Shown: positions 30,244-41,109 of the stretch, one piece after another
Position numbering within the stretch: the first letter of the stretch is position 1
Layout of the letters: each line of letters opens with the position of its first letter
From: Bacteroidota bacterium
GTDB taxonomy: Bacteria > Bacteroidota > Bacteroidia > NS11-12g > UBA955
Reading direction: 5' to 3'
DNA length: 64,000 nucleotides
NCBI GenBank assembly: GCA_016868535.1
Contig: VGGQ01000001.1
Coordinates: 16,567 to 80,566, forward strand
The notes under the pieces: generated by a model
Told to the model about the DNA's origin: nothing
The model's input: only the letters and a program-made list of their open reading frames with translations
The model's database searches: none
Position numbers and translations under genes: made by a program

Positions 30244-31038
30244 TTGATAAAGCCAAAGCTCATACACGTTTTTACCGATTATGGCGCAGATGCCACGGAA
30301 AACTCTGTTGCTAGGGCAGTGATGCATTCAAGGCTGCCTGATATTCCGCATATTTTCAGCCAGCCCAAACTTGCCAGGGGGCACCTTGTTACTGCAGCTA
30401 TGTTCATGCAAATGGTACTGCCATCATTTGGAGAGCAAACCTGGCATTTATGCGATATTACGCATGCCAAACTGAGTCCGAGAGCTGCAGCCTCTTATCT
30501 CGCAGCTTTCGCTGACAGCCGATGGTTTTTTGCCCCGGACAATGGATTGCTGCCCATTATATTACAAGATTACCCGGCAGAATTTTACAGCATTCCCACC
30601 CAAATAGCCATACGCAGCGTTATGGAAGATATTTACATGCCCGCCCTTTTAAAGCTTATGCAATCAGATGTTAGCACAATTCCATTTACCACCAAAGAGC
30701 ACGTTGCTAAATCACTGATGCCCAAACCTGCTTTTCATCAAAACCTGCTGAAGCTTACCGTAATGTACAATGATGCTCAAGGAAATGCTATTTTTAACCT
30801 GAAAAGAGAGGAATTTGAGCAGATGAGAAATGGACGAAGATTTAAGATTTCAGTGAGTTCCTACAGGCTGGAAATAGACCGCATCAGTGCATCCTTATTT
30901 GATGTGGAACAAGGCTATGCAACTGCCTATTTCGGACTGGGTGATTTTCTGCAGATTGCCATGAATGCAGGTTCGGCAAAACAATATTACGGATTGTCTG
31001 AAGGCACGGTAATTATCCTCGAATTTATAGATGCATAG
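30244..31038 (+). CDS. SAM hydroxide adenosyltransferase-like (DUF62) protein
   Basis: 'HVFTDYGAD' N-terminus resembles the DUF62 'TDFGxxDxY' start. About 265 aa. Confidence 0.4.
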   Translation: MIKPKLIHVFTDYGADATENSVARAVMHSRLPDIPHIFSQPKLARGHLVTAAMFMQMVLPSFGEQTWHLCDITHAKLSPRAAASYLAAFADSRWFFAPDNGLLPIILQDYPAEFYSIPTQIAIRSVMEDIYMPALLKLMQSDVSTIPFTTKEHVAKSLMPKPAFHQNLLKLTVMYNDAQGNAIFNLKREEFEQMRNGRRFKISVSSYRLEIDRISASLFDVEQGYATAYFGLGDFLQIAMNAGSAKQYYGLSEGTVIILEFIDA

Positions 31039-31041
31039 GCT

Positions 31042-31347
31042 ATGGTATTCAGAATTGTAAAAATGACCTTTAAGCCGGATACCATTGATGATTTTAAGGT
31101 GGTTTTTAATGAATCAGCAGAACATATCAGGTCATTCCCTGGCAATATGGGCTTACAATTGTTGCAAGGCAAAGAAAACAAAACCATTTTTTTTACCTAC
31201 AGCATTTGGGAGAATGATACAGCTTTGCAAACTTATCTCAATTCACCATTGTTTGAGAAAACCTGGGCAAAAACCAAGGTGTTGTTTTGCGGAAAGCCAG
31301 AGGCATGGAGTACGGATCTTTTGTGGAAGGCTTTTCCGGCAGGTTAA
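31042..31347 (+). CDS. ABM (antibiotic biosynthesis monooxygenase)-like small protein
   Basis: About 100-aa ferredoxin-like fold pattern. Confidence 0.45.
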   Translation: MVFRIVKMTFKPDTIDDFKVVFNESAEHIRSFPGNMGLQLLQGKENKTIFFTYSIWENDTALQTYLNSPLFEKTWAKTKVLFCGKPEAWSTDLLWKAFPAG

Positions 31348-32735
31348 TCAAGCCATTTTCCCGGATTCATGATGTGATTGGGATCAAAAACGTCTTTTAT
31401 TCCTTTCATCAGCCTGAAATGTTCACCAGTAAAAACCACATCCAAATAAGGTTTCTGCACCAGCCCAATCCCATGCTCACCGCTGATGGTACCACCCAGC
31501 TCTCTGCAGACCTGGAATATTTCCCGAATAGCTTCGGGAATCTCGTTGTTCCATGCATCATCCGAAAGATTATTCTTTAAAATATTCACATGCAGATTTC
31601 CGTCGCCGGCGTGTCCGTAGCAAACACTTTGAAAACCGAAGCGACATCCAATCTCTTTTACTGCTGCGAGTAAATCGGGCAAAGCAGCACGGGGCACTAC
31701 TGTATCTTCCTCTTTATAAACAGATGCCTGCTTAACGGTTTCTCCAATGCTGCGTCTCACTTTCCACCACTGCTCTTTTAAATCGGATGAATCAGCAATC
31801 AGAACATCAATACCCCCGCATTTTTCAATAATCGGATACAAAATCTCTGCCTGCTGCATTAGGTTTTCCAGGTCATCGCCATCCAGTTCTATCAGCATAT
31901 AAAATGCGGCATTTTTATAAAACGGGAATGGCGTGCATGTGGCCTCAGCGCTGATTTGAACACCGGATGTTTCCATCAATTCGAGCGCAGAAGGAGTAAT
32001 TCCGCTCAAGAGAACTTCATTAACCGCCACGGCGGCCTCTCCGGCTGTCCTGAAGGGAACGAGCATAAGAAACTGCTGTGCAGGCAATGCAATCAGCCTA
32101 AAAACGATGCAGGTAACAACACCCAGCAGACCTTCGCTGCCTACTATAAGTTGTGTAAGGTTAAAACCGGTTGAGTTCTTTACTGTGTTTGCTCCCGTCC
32201 AGATCAGTTCTCCGTTTGGCAATGCCAATTGCAGGTTCAGCACATAGTCACGGGTGGTACCATACTTTACTGCACGGGGGCCGCCGCTGCCGTGGGCAAT
32301 ATTTCCGCCCAAAAAACAACTGCCTTTACTGGCGGGATCCGGAGGATAATAAAGTCCTTTTTCGGCTACTGCCTGTGCAAACTCCTGATTAATGACACCC
32401 GGCTGAACGGTTGCCTGAAAATTACAGGTATCAATATGTATAATACGGTTCAGTTTTTCCGTACTCAGCACCACTCCCCCATTCACAGGCAAACTGCCGC
32501 CGCTGAGACCGGTTCCGGCACCGCGGGTGTAAACGGGAATTTTGCTTTTGTTGCAATATTTTAGAACGGCAGCCACTGCTTCGGGATTATCGGGCATAAC
32601 CACACAGGACGGCTCATATTGAAGGTCTTCTGTATAGTCACGTCCGTAGGCCTGCAAATTCGCGGCATCTGTTATAACATTCTCACTACCGGCCAGGGCC
32701 ATCAGACCTTTTACAAGAGCTTCCGTTACATTCAT
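31344..32735 (-). CDS. FAD-linked oxidase (GlcD / D-lactate dehydrogenase family)
   Basis: PCMH-type FAD-binding N-terminus 'TRGAGTGLSGG' and FAD-oxidase C-terminus. Confidence 0.8.
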   Translation of the reverse strand: MNVTEALVKGLMALAGSENVITDAANLQAYGRDYTEDLQYEPSCVVMPDNPEAVAAVLKYCNKSKIPVYTRGAGTGLSGGSLPVNGGVVLSTEKLNRIIHIDTCNFQATVQPGVINQEFAQAVAEKGLYYPPDPASKGSCFLGGNIAHGSGGPRAVKYGTTRDYVLNLQLALPNGELIWTGANTVKNSTGFNLTQLIVGSEGLLGVVTCIVFRLIALPAQQFLMLVPFRTAGEAAVAVNEVLLSGITPSALELMETSGVQISAEATCTPFPFYKNAAFYMLIELDGDDLENLMQQAEILYPIIEKCGGIDVLIADSSDLKEQWWKVRRSIGETVKQASVYKEEDTVVPRAALPDLLAAVKEIGCRFGFQSVCYGHAGDGNLHVNILKNNLSDDAWNNEIPEAIREIFQVCRELGGTISGEHGIGLVQKPYLDVVFTGEHFRLMKGIKDVFDPNHIMNPGKWLD

Positions 32736-32810
32736 TTTTCAGTAAAAACCGACACAAATTAATCAATTTAAAGGCATACGAACTACTTTTGTTATTCACT
32801 TTGATACAAA

Positions 32811-33989
32811 ATGACCGCCAGAGACAAACTCAGACTTTCCATTATTCTCGTAATTCTCTACATGACAGCAGCCTTTGTATGGTGGGCCATGAGTCTGGTT
32901 AATTACAGCAAGACGGAAAAAGACCTGCGCCTTCAACTGTTTAAATCTGATAGCCTTCATCTGGCAGGTGAAATTTCGCACAACATGCTCAGCGGAAAGT
33001 TTGTAGGTAAAGACTCAATGTCTTTTGTATACGGCAATCAAACGATGTTAGTGGATACACAAAAGCTCAAAGATTTTTTGCTGAAAAAATATCCACCATA
33101 TGACGTTTGCTTTTATCCAGGAAAATCTTTTGATAAAATTTTCAGTGCCAACATTAAAAAATCTGTGATTGCAACTGAAAATAATAAATACCTGAGAAAA
33201 CGCGATAGCTGGATTTATGAAGGTGTTGTCATGACAATAATTATGCTAATCCTAGCACTTGCCCTTTATCTGTTTTTGGACCGGGTGCTGAAACTGAATG
33301 CACAACAAAATAACTTTTTACTCGCCATTACACATGAACTAAAAACACCCGTTGCCGGCACCAAGCTTGCTGTTCAGACAGCACAGCGAAAAATAACCTC
33401 CGAACAGCAGGAGCTGGGGAAACTGCTGCGCATGGCCGATAACAATGTCAGCCGTCTGTCCCGCATCATTGACAATGTGCTGATTGCTACTAAAGTACAA
33501 AGCAGTCACCGCATGAATTTTATTATTCAGGACCTGGTGCTGGAGGAACTCATTGAAGATACTCTGGCAGAAATTCGAGACTCTTTGCCGGAAACAGCCG
33601 TAATAACTAAGCATTTTGTACCTGAACTGCTCATTCGCGGTGACCGTGAGCTGCTACAGATGGCCCTCAGCAATCTGATAGGAAATAGCATAAAATATAG
33701 CAGCCAGGGCAATGAAAAGATTAATATTCAAACATTTATTCACAAAGGAAGGGTTGCGATGTCTGTTTCCGATAACGGTATCGGGATACCGAATAAAGAA
33801 AGAAAAAACATTTTCAAAATGTTTTATCGTATAGGCGACGAAAGAACGCGCAGCAGTTCAGGCACAGGACTTGGGCTGTTTTTGGTTGCAAAATTGCTCC
33901 GTCAGCATTCTGCCATAATCTCTATTTCCGACAATCAACCGAGCGGAACTACGTTTAATTTGTTATTTAAAGAAAAGGCAAATGTATGA
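32811..33989 (+). CDS. Sensor histidine kinase (HisKA + HATPase_c)
   Basis: 'ITHELKTPVAG' H-box and 'GTGLGL' G-box. Confidence 0.75.
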   Translation: MTARDKLRLSIILVILYMTAAFVWWAMSLVNYSKTEKDLRLQLFKSDSLHLAGEISHNMLSGKFVGKDSMSFVYGNQTMLVDTQKLKDFLLKKYPPYDVCFYPGKSFDKIFSANIKKSVIATENNKYLRKRDSWIYEGVVMTIIMLILALALYLFLDRVLKLNAQQNNFLLAITHELKTPVAGTKLAVQTAQRKITSEQQELGKLLRMADNNVSRLSRIIDNVLIATKVQSSHRMNFIIQDLVLEELIEDTLAEIRDSLPETAVITKHFVPELLIRGDRELLQMALSNLIGNSIKYSSQGNEKINIQTFIHKGRVAMSVSDNGIGIPNKERKNIFKMFYRIGDERTRSSSGTGLGLFLVAKLLRQHSAIISISDNQPSGTTFNLLFKEKANV

Positions 33990-34684
33990 AAACGAACAGA
34001 TTACTACTGGTAGAAGATGAGGCAGACATTGCCGACCTGGTTAAATTAAACCTCGAGTCTGAGGGTTACAAAGTTATCGCCGCGAAAGACGGTCTGCAGG
34101 CCCTACAAAGAATGAAGGAAGAAAATTTCGATCTTGTAATTATGGATGTAATGCTGCCGCATGTGGATGGCATTACCGTTACCGAAAATATCAGGCTTAC
34201 AAACACGAAAGTCCCCATTCTTTTCCTCTCAGCACGCAACAACACTCAGGACCGCATACTTGGTCTTAAGAAAGGCGGAGATGACTACCTGACAAAGCCA
34301 TTCAACTTGGAAGAACTGCTTTTGCGCGTACAAAAACTGCTGAGCAGAAGTAAAGTTTCCTCAGAAAATGATGTTGCACTGCATGAATACAATTTTGGTG
34401 ACAATTATGTAAATTTTGATAGCTTTGAGGCCCGCGGAAATGCAGGCACATTTATATTAACAAAAATAGAAAGCTTGCTGCTGAAGCTGCTTATTGAAAA
34501 CCGCGGACAAGTAGTAAGCCGGGAGCGAATATTACAAACGGTATGGGGCTATAAAGTTTACCCCAGCACCCGAACTATTGATAATTTTATTCTTGCGTTC
34601 CGAAAATACTTTGAAAAGAACGTTAAAAAACCTGTTTACTTTCACAGTATGCGAGGAGTGGGATATAAATTTACGGAAAAATAG
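33986..34684 (+). CDS. OmpR-family response regulator
   Basis: Receiver domain 'LLVEDEADI' plus winged-helix C-terminus. ATGA overlap with the HK gene. Confidence 0.8.
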   Translation: MKTNRLLLVEDEADIADLVKLNLESEGYKVIAAKDGLQALQRMKEENFDLVIMDVMLPHVDGITVTENIRLTNTKVPILFLSARNNTQDRILGLKKGGDDYLTKPFNLEELLLRVQKLLSRSKVSSENDVALHEYNFGDNYVNFDSFEARGNAGTFILTKIESLLLKLLIENRGQVVSRERILQTVWGYKVYPSTRTIDNFILAFRKYFEKNVKKPVYFHSMRGVGYKFTEK

Positions 34685-34685
34685 T

Positions 34686-37187
34686 TTAGAAAGCAAGGCC
34701 TACGCTCAATTTAACGCCGAAATTGCGCACATTTGCCGCTTCCCTGTAGGTTAAGCGCCATATGGCGTCTACCCGCAAAATTTTAAAGATATTTTCTATA
34801 CCAACGCTACATTCCCAATAGGGTAGATCGGTGAAAGTTTTGAACTGAGAAACTGCTCCTTCGGTGGTAAACTTTGGAATAATCCCAAAATTATCTTTAC
34901 ACAGGGTTCCGTATATGGCTTTTGTACCCAAAACCTCGCGCCACTTTAATCTATTCAACAATGGAATGCGATTTAAAAGCAATCCGTTTAAATGATGCTC
35001 TGCAGAAGCAGAAATACTCCTGTCGGTAATAAATTCAAAAATACGCATTTGGTTGTATGCACCTGAGTTGTATACAAAACTCTGGTTACCGATATACACG
35101 GTAAGCAAAGGATATGGTAAGTTGCCAAAAACCCGGGAAGCTTCAAAATTAAAGGCAGTTCGCCCCGTTGTGCCCCATACTTTGTTAAAGTTTAATCCAG
35201 CGACCAGGCGGGTATAACTGAACTGGCTTCCGAAGATGTTTTTATAGCCTTGTATCCAGGTTCCGTAATACTCAGGACCAATTCCGGTAAAAGTTACGCG
35301 CCTGTTATCATTTTGCAGATAATAGTACTTGGGAGAATATCTAAGTGTCAAATTGATGGTTGAATTATAAAACTCAGTTGCATAGGAGGATGTATCCGGA
35401 TAATTTGGGTACCATGCAAAATTAAAATTTCCCACTCTCTGAAACAGATATGCCCTGTTACCTGCAATCAAGGAGAGGCGCAGTCCGTTTCTCAGGTCAG
35501 TACCAAACATAATACGGGCATCCCGGTTCATATTAAGATTGTTACTGCCCAGCAGGTTGAATGCAGTGAAAAGACCTGTACTGTAATTTTCATTGTCAGA
35601 AATACCAATCTGCTCAACATCCCTTCTGTAAACAACACCCAGTTTTGTCCACCGTTTGCGGTTGAGGATGCGTTCTGCTTTGAGTGAATATTTCCAGTCT
35701 TTATCCCAAAAGCCGTAGGCGCCGAAACCCTCAATAATCCAGTTTTTATTATACATCGGGGTTGTGCGAAAGCCCAACCTGAGCCGCGGTCCTTCCAGCT
35801 GGTTAAAACTAACCAGGCTGTAATAAGGGCCCAGGTCAATCTTACCTGCATTTTTAAATCCATCCACCAGAAAGTTCACAACATCCACATAGGTGCTTAT
35901 GCGCGGAAGGTTAACCAACGTATCAATTTTGTGGGCAATTCTGTCGTCGGTAGCTGTGTTTGGCAGGTGCCTGTTCTGTATCCAAAAGGTATCCGGACGG
36001 TTCAAAGCATAAGGATCCATCGTAACGCGGGTTTCGAAGAATTTGGGAGAATGCTTGATATTGGTTTTGATATCTTTTGCAGTAACCACACTGGTTGCCA
36101 CAACCCCTGCCGCCTGGGTACTAACCTCGGCAGCATCAATAACAGCGCGTGTATTGACACAAAAATAAGCTCCAAGATCGGTGGGGGCGTACTGCTGGGT
36201 TATTCTCAGTTTTTCGATATAGTTGATATTTGAACTGCTGTTCAGCTCAAGTGATAGTTTCAGCAATGCGCCGGTAGCATCCTCAATCCAAACAAATCCC
36301 TTAAAAGCAAGATCCTTTTCAATTTTTGGTGCACAGTATATCTGAAAAACCCTTCGAGGACCCGATTTATCTACATAAACAAGTTTGTAATCATAGGTAT
36401 TCATAGCCGCTTCTGCTATCGGCGATACGATACCTTTGTCTATTACAACAAGGGTATTCATGTAGAAATTATAATTTACAAACGTACTTCCGAGCACCTG
36501 AGAAATGAAAGTGCCGTCCTGAACCCCTATGCCTTTTAGACGTGATGCTTTGATGTATTCTTTGGTCAGGTATGGATTCTTATTAAAATAGTAATCACTG
36601 ATTACCTCAGAGATAAAAACGGGCAGAATGGATTTCTCCTTATTACCATTCAAATAGCTGATGGTATCGAACAGGGGGCCTATCTCCTGCCAAAACTTAC
36701 CTTTCCTGAGTTTGCCGGAAATATTGTTTACGGCAATGGTGTTTTTGGTAAAGGTTTCACACTGGTAATGCTCCAGTTTATCAGGATTATTTTTGTTTCG
36801 GTTCTCTTGGGCAAGCGCAATCCATTTAAGAGCAGGATTGGTTTTTAGCCTGATTACCACTTCCTCGGTCTGAATAACATTTCTGAGCAACTCTATTTCC
36901 AAACCTATTGTAGACTGTTTATTCAGCGGAATCAGGCGGGTTTTATACCCCATGTATTCAACCCTTAAGGTATCGGAAGGAAAATCGTCACCGCCCCATT
37001 TGAAGTTGCCTTCAAAATCAGAATAGAAACCCAGTTCGGTACCATGAAAAAAAAAGTTAGCAAATGCCAGTGGCTCGCGGGTCTCTTCAGCAAAAATTTT
37101 ACCGGAAAGTCTCTTGACCTGAGCCATTGAAGGGAGGATGCAAAGCCATGACAAGCAAATAATTAAACCGCTTTTAATCTTTTTCAC
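34686..37187 (-). CDS. DUF5686 / carboxypeptidase-regulatory-like-domain outer-membrane protein
   Basis: Signal peptide. CarbopepD_reg N-terminus. Beta-barrel C-terminus ending 'LSVGLAF'. Confidence 0.6.
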   Translation of the reverse strand: MKKIKSGLIICLSWLCILPSMAQVKRLSGKIFAEETREPLAFANFFFHGTELGFYSDFEGNFKWGGDDFPSDTLRVEYMGYKTRLIPLNKQSTIGLEIELLRNVIQTEEVVIRLKTNPALKWIALAQENRNKNNPDKLEHYQCETFTKNTIAVNNISGKLRKGKFWQEIGPLFDTISYLNGNKEKSILPVFISEVISDYYFNKNPYLTKEYIKASRLKGIGVQDGTFISQVLGSTFVNYNFYMNTLVVIDKGIVSPIAEAAMNTYDYKLVYVDKSGPRRVFQIYCAPKIEKDLAFKGFVWIEDATGALLKLSLELNSSSNINYIEKLRITQQYAPTDLGAYFCVNTRAVIDAAEVSTQAAGVVATSVVTAKDIKTNIKHSPKFFETRVTMDPYALNRPDTFWIQNRHLPNTATDDRIAHKIDTLVNLPRISTYVDVVNFLVDGFKNAGKIDLGPYYSLVSFNQLEGPRLRLGFRTTPMYNKNWIIEGFGAYGFWDKDWKYSLKAERILNRKRWTKLGVVYRRDVEQIGISDNENYSTGLFTAFNLLGSNNLNMNRDARIMFGTDLRNGLRLSLIAGNRAYLFQRVGNFNFAWYPNYPDTSSYATEFYNSTINLTLRYSPKYYYLQNDNRRVTFTGIGPEYYGTWIQGYKNIFGSQFSYTRLVAGLNFNKVWGTTGRTAFNFEASRVFGNLPYPLLTVYIGNQSFVYNSGAYNQMRIFEFITDRSISASAEHHLNGLLLNRIPLLNRLKWREVLGTKAIYGTLCKDNFGIIPKFTTEGAVSQFKTFTDLPYWECSVGIENIFKILRVDAIWRLTYREAANVRNFGVKLSVGLAF

Positions 37188-37219
37188 AGACCCGCCAAAT
37201 ATAACAACTTAGTTTGTAT

Positions 37220-37648
37220 TTATTGAACCTGAATATCCACCGCCGCCATGATGCTTGTGCATGTAGCAACAAGCTTTTTACTGCCATCTTCAAATAAATC
37301 AAACACTTCCCCTTCGCAAAAAACCAGAAAATTACCCGATTTTATTACCTTGCCGATTGCTACAACTTGGTCGGATATAGAGGGGTTCACGTAGGATATC
37401 TTTAAATCTACAGTAACAACATCTTTTCCTTCAGATACCGCGGTATATGCCGCAATTCCGGTAGCCACGTCGCACAGTGTTGCCGTCACTCCGCCATGGG
37501 TAAATCCATTTTGCTGCAAATGATGCTGTTTTACAGACAGAGAAAGTGTTGCCTCTCCTTTCGATACATCTTCAAGCACCAATCCCATGTGAATGATGAA
37601 ATGATTATTCTTTAACCTTTCCTGTAAGAATTCTTTTAAATTTGTCAT
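37220..37648 (-). CDS. PaaI-family hotdog-fold thioesterase
   Basis: 'HGGVTATLCDVATG' PaaI signature. Confidence 0.7.
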   Translation of the reverse strand: MTNLKEFLQERLKNNHFIIHMGLVLEDVSKGEATLSLSVKQHHLQQNGFTHGGVTATLCDVATGIAAYTAVSEGKDVVTVDLKISYVNPSISDQVVAIGKVIKSGNFLVFCEGEVFDLFEDGSKKLVATCTSIMAAVDIQVQ

Positions 37649-38682
37649 TAGCGTATCGGATTATATCCTGATTCTTTGAGAATATTGCCGGCACTGGTTT
37701 CCTCCCAAATTTGTTTTAGAGTCTTTCCTGTTTTTTCCGCATAGGCAGAAACTATTTTCAAACCGGAATAATTACCTATTCTCGGAGGACAGTCCTCCGG
37801 CAAACCTGCCCCGGTGGTTCGTTCACCCTGAATAAAATAGCGTTTGTAGCCACGGTTAAAATCCGTGCTGAACAATACTTTTTTCTGCAAATAAAAATTC
37901 CAGATATTGGATTCTTCTTTCTTTAAAAATTTCCATTCATCGGGTGTGTAACCCAGCAACCGTTCAGGTGCGATTTCAGAAGCCAGTTGTATTAGACTGT
38001 ACCAAAGTTTACCCTGATACACCATTTCATCCAGCATGGTTTTTCGGGGGTGCTTATCCAGATAACGGCCATTTAGATAGGTAATAGCCAGATAAGACGG
38101 TATTTGCTCTGTCCGGGAATACCTTTTCATCCAAGCAGGCATACCCTCAATTTGGCCATAAAATGAGCAGGTATCATCCATAAATAGTTCAGCACTGTAT
38201 CCAAGAATATGTTTGCCTGCAGCTGTATCGGTGAATGTATTGGTCATACTAAACTGACTGAAATAAACAAAAATCTCAAATTCACCGGCATCTGGAAACT
38301 CACTTTTGAGTTTTGACAGGCAATTCTCAATGTCATAATTCAAATCCAAATAACGGGCGTAATGTTTTTTTACAAAAACCAAAACAGGTTTATTCAGCTC
38401 CACAAATCTTGTCAAAAACAAAGACAAAATGGAGTCATTGACCATATAATCAGGCGGAACACCCATAATATCCACACACCATCGATCAAATTTTTTGGCA
38501 AACTTGTGCTTTATGCCCAGAACTTCATCAACAGAAACACCTCCTTCAGCAACCGTTTCAATGGCATCCGTAAGGTTGAAAATCTGTTGTTCTGTTTGTT
38601 TTTCCGAAGCGCATGCGGAAAACAATATGATAATTGCTAAAAAACATAACGGGCAATTCCTCAAAATTGTGTTTTTTTGCAT
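37648..38682 (-). CDS. gldB: Gliding-motility lipoprotein GldB-like
   Basis: Lipoprotein signal 'LFSACAS'. C-terminal blocks recalled from Flavobacterium GldB ('W.FY..K.L..TD', 'P..R.G...G..IV..Y'). Assigned from memory. Confidence 0.45.
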   Translation of the reverse strand: MQKNTILRNCPLCFLAIIILFSACASEKQTEQQIFNLTDAIETVAEGGVSVDEVLGIKHKFAKKFDRWCVDIMGVPPDYMVNDSILSLFLTRFVELNKPVLVFVKKHYARYLDLNYDIENCLSKLKSEFPDAGEFEIFVYFSQFSMTNTFTDTAAGKHILGYSAELFMDDTCSFYGQIEGMPAWMKRYSRTEQIPSYLAITYLNGRYLDKHPRKTMLDEMVYQGKLWYSLIQLASEIAPERLLGYTPDEWKFLKKEESNIWNFYLQKKVLFSTDFNRGYKRYFIQGERTTGAGLPEDCPPRIGNYSGLKIVSAYAEKTGKTLKQIWEETSAGNILKESGYNPIR

Positions 38683-38691
38683 AAAAGGAAT

Positions 38692-39468
38692 ATGAAGATG
38701 CAAAGTAATATCAGATTGTGTTTGTGTACCCTCTTCTGCGGTCTCACATTTATGCACACGGTTAACGCACAGGACAACCGCAAAGTTGCCATCGGATTTA
38801 AGGTAAGTCCAAATTTTGCCTGGACCCGCATTATGGAGGGTCCCATGGAAAACAACAGCCTTGGCCTGGGTTTCAGCTATGGTCTGATGGGAGATATTAA
38901 TATTGGTAACAATCCCAACTATTGGCTGAGCACTGAGTTCATTGTTACTTCTACACCCAGTAAAATTAACACAAATGATACATTATGGTCAGATGATAAA
39001 TTAAAAAGTGGGCTTCCGTATAAAAACGCAACGTTTTCTTATAACCTGCAATACATTCAGGTACCTATAACATTAAAACTCAAAACCAACGAAATCGGTA
39101 AATTCAAATACTGGGGACAATTTGGCGTGGCGCCTGCATTTTTGATGCAGCAAAAGCTTAAAACCGCATCCACGCCCAGTATTTACGGGAACAACACCCA
39201 GTCACACAATCCCAACCTAGATGCCAATGACAAATATGACTTTAAAGGTGATGTCGGAAGTTTCTCAGGAAAAGGCGCGTATCAGGACGATGTGCACAAA
39301 GCCAGAATTTCTCTAATTATGGGTGTCGGTATCGAAACCAAAATCAGTGGTAAAACCATGTTTTCAGCTGGTTTGCGGTTTGACAATGCCTTCTCAGATT
39401 TGTTTGTAGATGATGCGGTTGACGGCAGAAATAATTTTCTGGGTATTCAACTGGGGATATTTTTCTAA
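38692..39468 (+). CDS. Outer-membrane beta-barrel (porin-like, OMP_b-brl_2-type) protein
   Basis: Signal peptide. Alternating beta pattern. C-terminal 'GIQLGIFF'. Confidence 0.5.
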   Translation: MKMQSNIRLCLCTLFCGLTFMHTVNAQDNRKVAIGFKVSPNFAWTRIMEGPMENNSLGLGFSYGLMGDINIGNNPNYWLSTEFIVTSTPSKINTNDTLWSDDKLKSGLPYKNATFSYNLQYIQVPITLKLKTNEIGKFKYWGQFGVAPAFLMQQKLKTASTPSIYGNNTQSHNPNLDANDKYDFKGDVGSFSGKGAYQDDVHKARISLIMGVGIETKISGKTMFSAGLRFDNAFSDLFVDDAVDGRNNFLGIQLGIFF

Positions 39469-39477
39469 TCAGACAGC

Positions 39478-41109
39478 GTGAAAATTGCTCTGGCTCAGCT
39501 CAATTACAGAATCGGGGATTTTGAGCTGAATACTTCCAAAATGTATGAGGCCATAACAGAGGCCAAATCACAGGGGGCAGACTTGGTGGTATTTAGCGAA
39601 CTCTCCGTTTCCGGTTATCCTCCGGGTGATTTGCTTGACTACGAATGGTTTGTGGAAAAATGCGAACAAAGCATGGATGCGATTGCCCAAAGTTGTCAGG
39701 GTATTGCCGCCATTGTTGGGGGTGTGATGCGCAACCGCGATAAGGGCCGTGGGCTTTTTAATGTGTCCTGCTTTTTACAAAACGGTCGTATTGAACATAT
39801 AGTCAGAAAAACATTGCTGCCGACCTATGATGTCTTCTCAGAATCAAGGTATTTTGAGCCTGCCGATGCATGCCAAATTTTTGAGTTTAAAGGTTTGAAA
39901 ATAGGCATAGCCATATGTGAAGACATTTGGGATGTGTATAATGAATTTCTGTACGAAAAGAGTCCTTTGCAATACCTGAAAAACGAGGGGGCGCAGCTCA
40001 TCATTCATCCCAGCGCGTCGCCATTCAACGTGGGTAAAATCAGGATGCGTGACAAGGTCTTTGCCGGAAATATTGAACGTTTTGGTTTGCCTATTGTATA
40101 CGTAAACCAGGTAGGTGCACACGCAGATTTAATCTTCGACGGAGACAGCCAAGTTATTAACGCAGAAGGTAAAACTGTGAAGCAACTGCCACTGTTTGAA
40201 GAAAAGGTAGAATACATCACTTTCGGTAAAAACGATTTTCTTGGCATTCCCGTAAATTCTTCGGAACCCGAAGAAACAGCGCTCATGCAAGATGCCATAG
40301 TGTATGGCATTAAGGATTACTGCCGTAAAACGGGTTTTAAAAAAGTAATTCTCGGGTCTTCCGGCGGCATAGACAGCGCTCTGGTCCAGGCCCTTGCATG
40401 CAAAGCACTGGGATCTGAGAATGTGCTGGCTCTGCTGATGCCTTCTCCCTTTAGCAGTGAAGGATCGATAAATGATGCGAAGCAACTCAGTATCAATTTG
40501 GCTAATGATTTCAGGGTAGTTCCTATCAACGATATATTCTCGACCTATCTGAACACGCTGGAGCCTGCCTTTGAAAAGTTGCCCCAGAACATTACGGAAG
40601 AGAACCTGCAGACCAGAATCAGGGCAAACCTGCTCATGGCCATGAGCAATAATATGGGATATTTACTGCTCAATACCAGTAACAAAAGTGAAATGTCGGT
40701 TGGTTACAGCACACTTTACGGAGATATGTGCGGTGGCCTCAGCCCCATCGGGGATGTATGGAAAACCAAGGTTTATGCTTTGGCAAAATACATGAACCGC
40801 AAAAATGAAATTATACCCAATGCAATTCTGACCAAAGCCCCTTCAGCGGAACTCAGACCCGGTCAAAAGGATACCGATAGCCTGCCTGAATATGCAATTC
40901 TGGATGAAATTCTTCACTGGTATGTGGAAGAAAGACGCAGTCGGGAAGAAATAAAAGCACAGGGTTATGATTCGGCCATGGTAGACAAAATTATAAACAT
41001 GGTAAACAAGGCGGAATACAAACGTTTTCAGTCTCCGCCCGTACTCAGGATAACTTCCAAGGCCTTTGGAAGAGGCCGACAAATGCCACTGGTTGCATTC
41101 CATGGGTAA
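39478..41109 (+). CDS. nadE: Glutamine-dependent NAD+ synthetase
   Basis: N-terminal nitrilase (CN-hydrolase) domain plus 'GSSGGIDSAL' PP-loop synthetase domain. Confidence 0.85.
   Translation: MKIALAQLNYRIGDFELNTSKMYEAITEAKSQGADLVVFSELSVSGYPPGDLLDYEWFVEKCEQSMDAIAQSCQGIAAIVGGVMRNRDKGRGLFNVSCFLQNGRIEHIVRKTLLPTYDVFSESRYFEPADACQIFEFKGLKIGIAICEDIWDVYNEFLYEKSPLQYLKNEGAQLIIHPSASPFNVGKIRMRDKVFAGNIERFGLPIVYVNQVGAHADLIFDGDSQVINAEGKTVKQLPLFEEKVEYITFGKNDFLGIPVNSSEPEETALMQDAIVYGIKDYCRKTGFKKVILGSSGGIDSALVQALACKALGSENVLALLMPSPFSSEGSINDAKQLSINLANDFRVVPINDIFSTYLNTLEPAFEKLPQNITEENLQTRIRANLLMAMSNNMGYLLLNTSNKSEMSVGYSTLYGDMCGGLSPIGDVWKTKVYALAKYMNRKNEIIPNAILTKAPSAELRPGQKDTDSLPEYAILDEILHWYVEERRSREEIKAQGYDSAMVDKIINMVNKAEYKRFQSPPVLRITSKAFGRGRQMPLVAFHG

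Noticed and set aside
37220-37648. GldC (expected downstream of gldB in Flavobacterium)
   Set aside because: The sequence carries the PaaI thioesterase signature HGG...CD.ATG. It was called a thioesterase instead.
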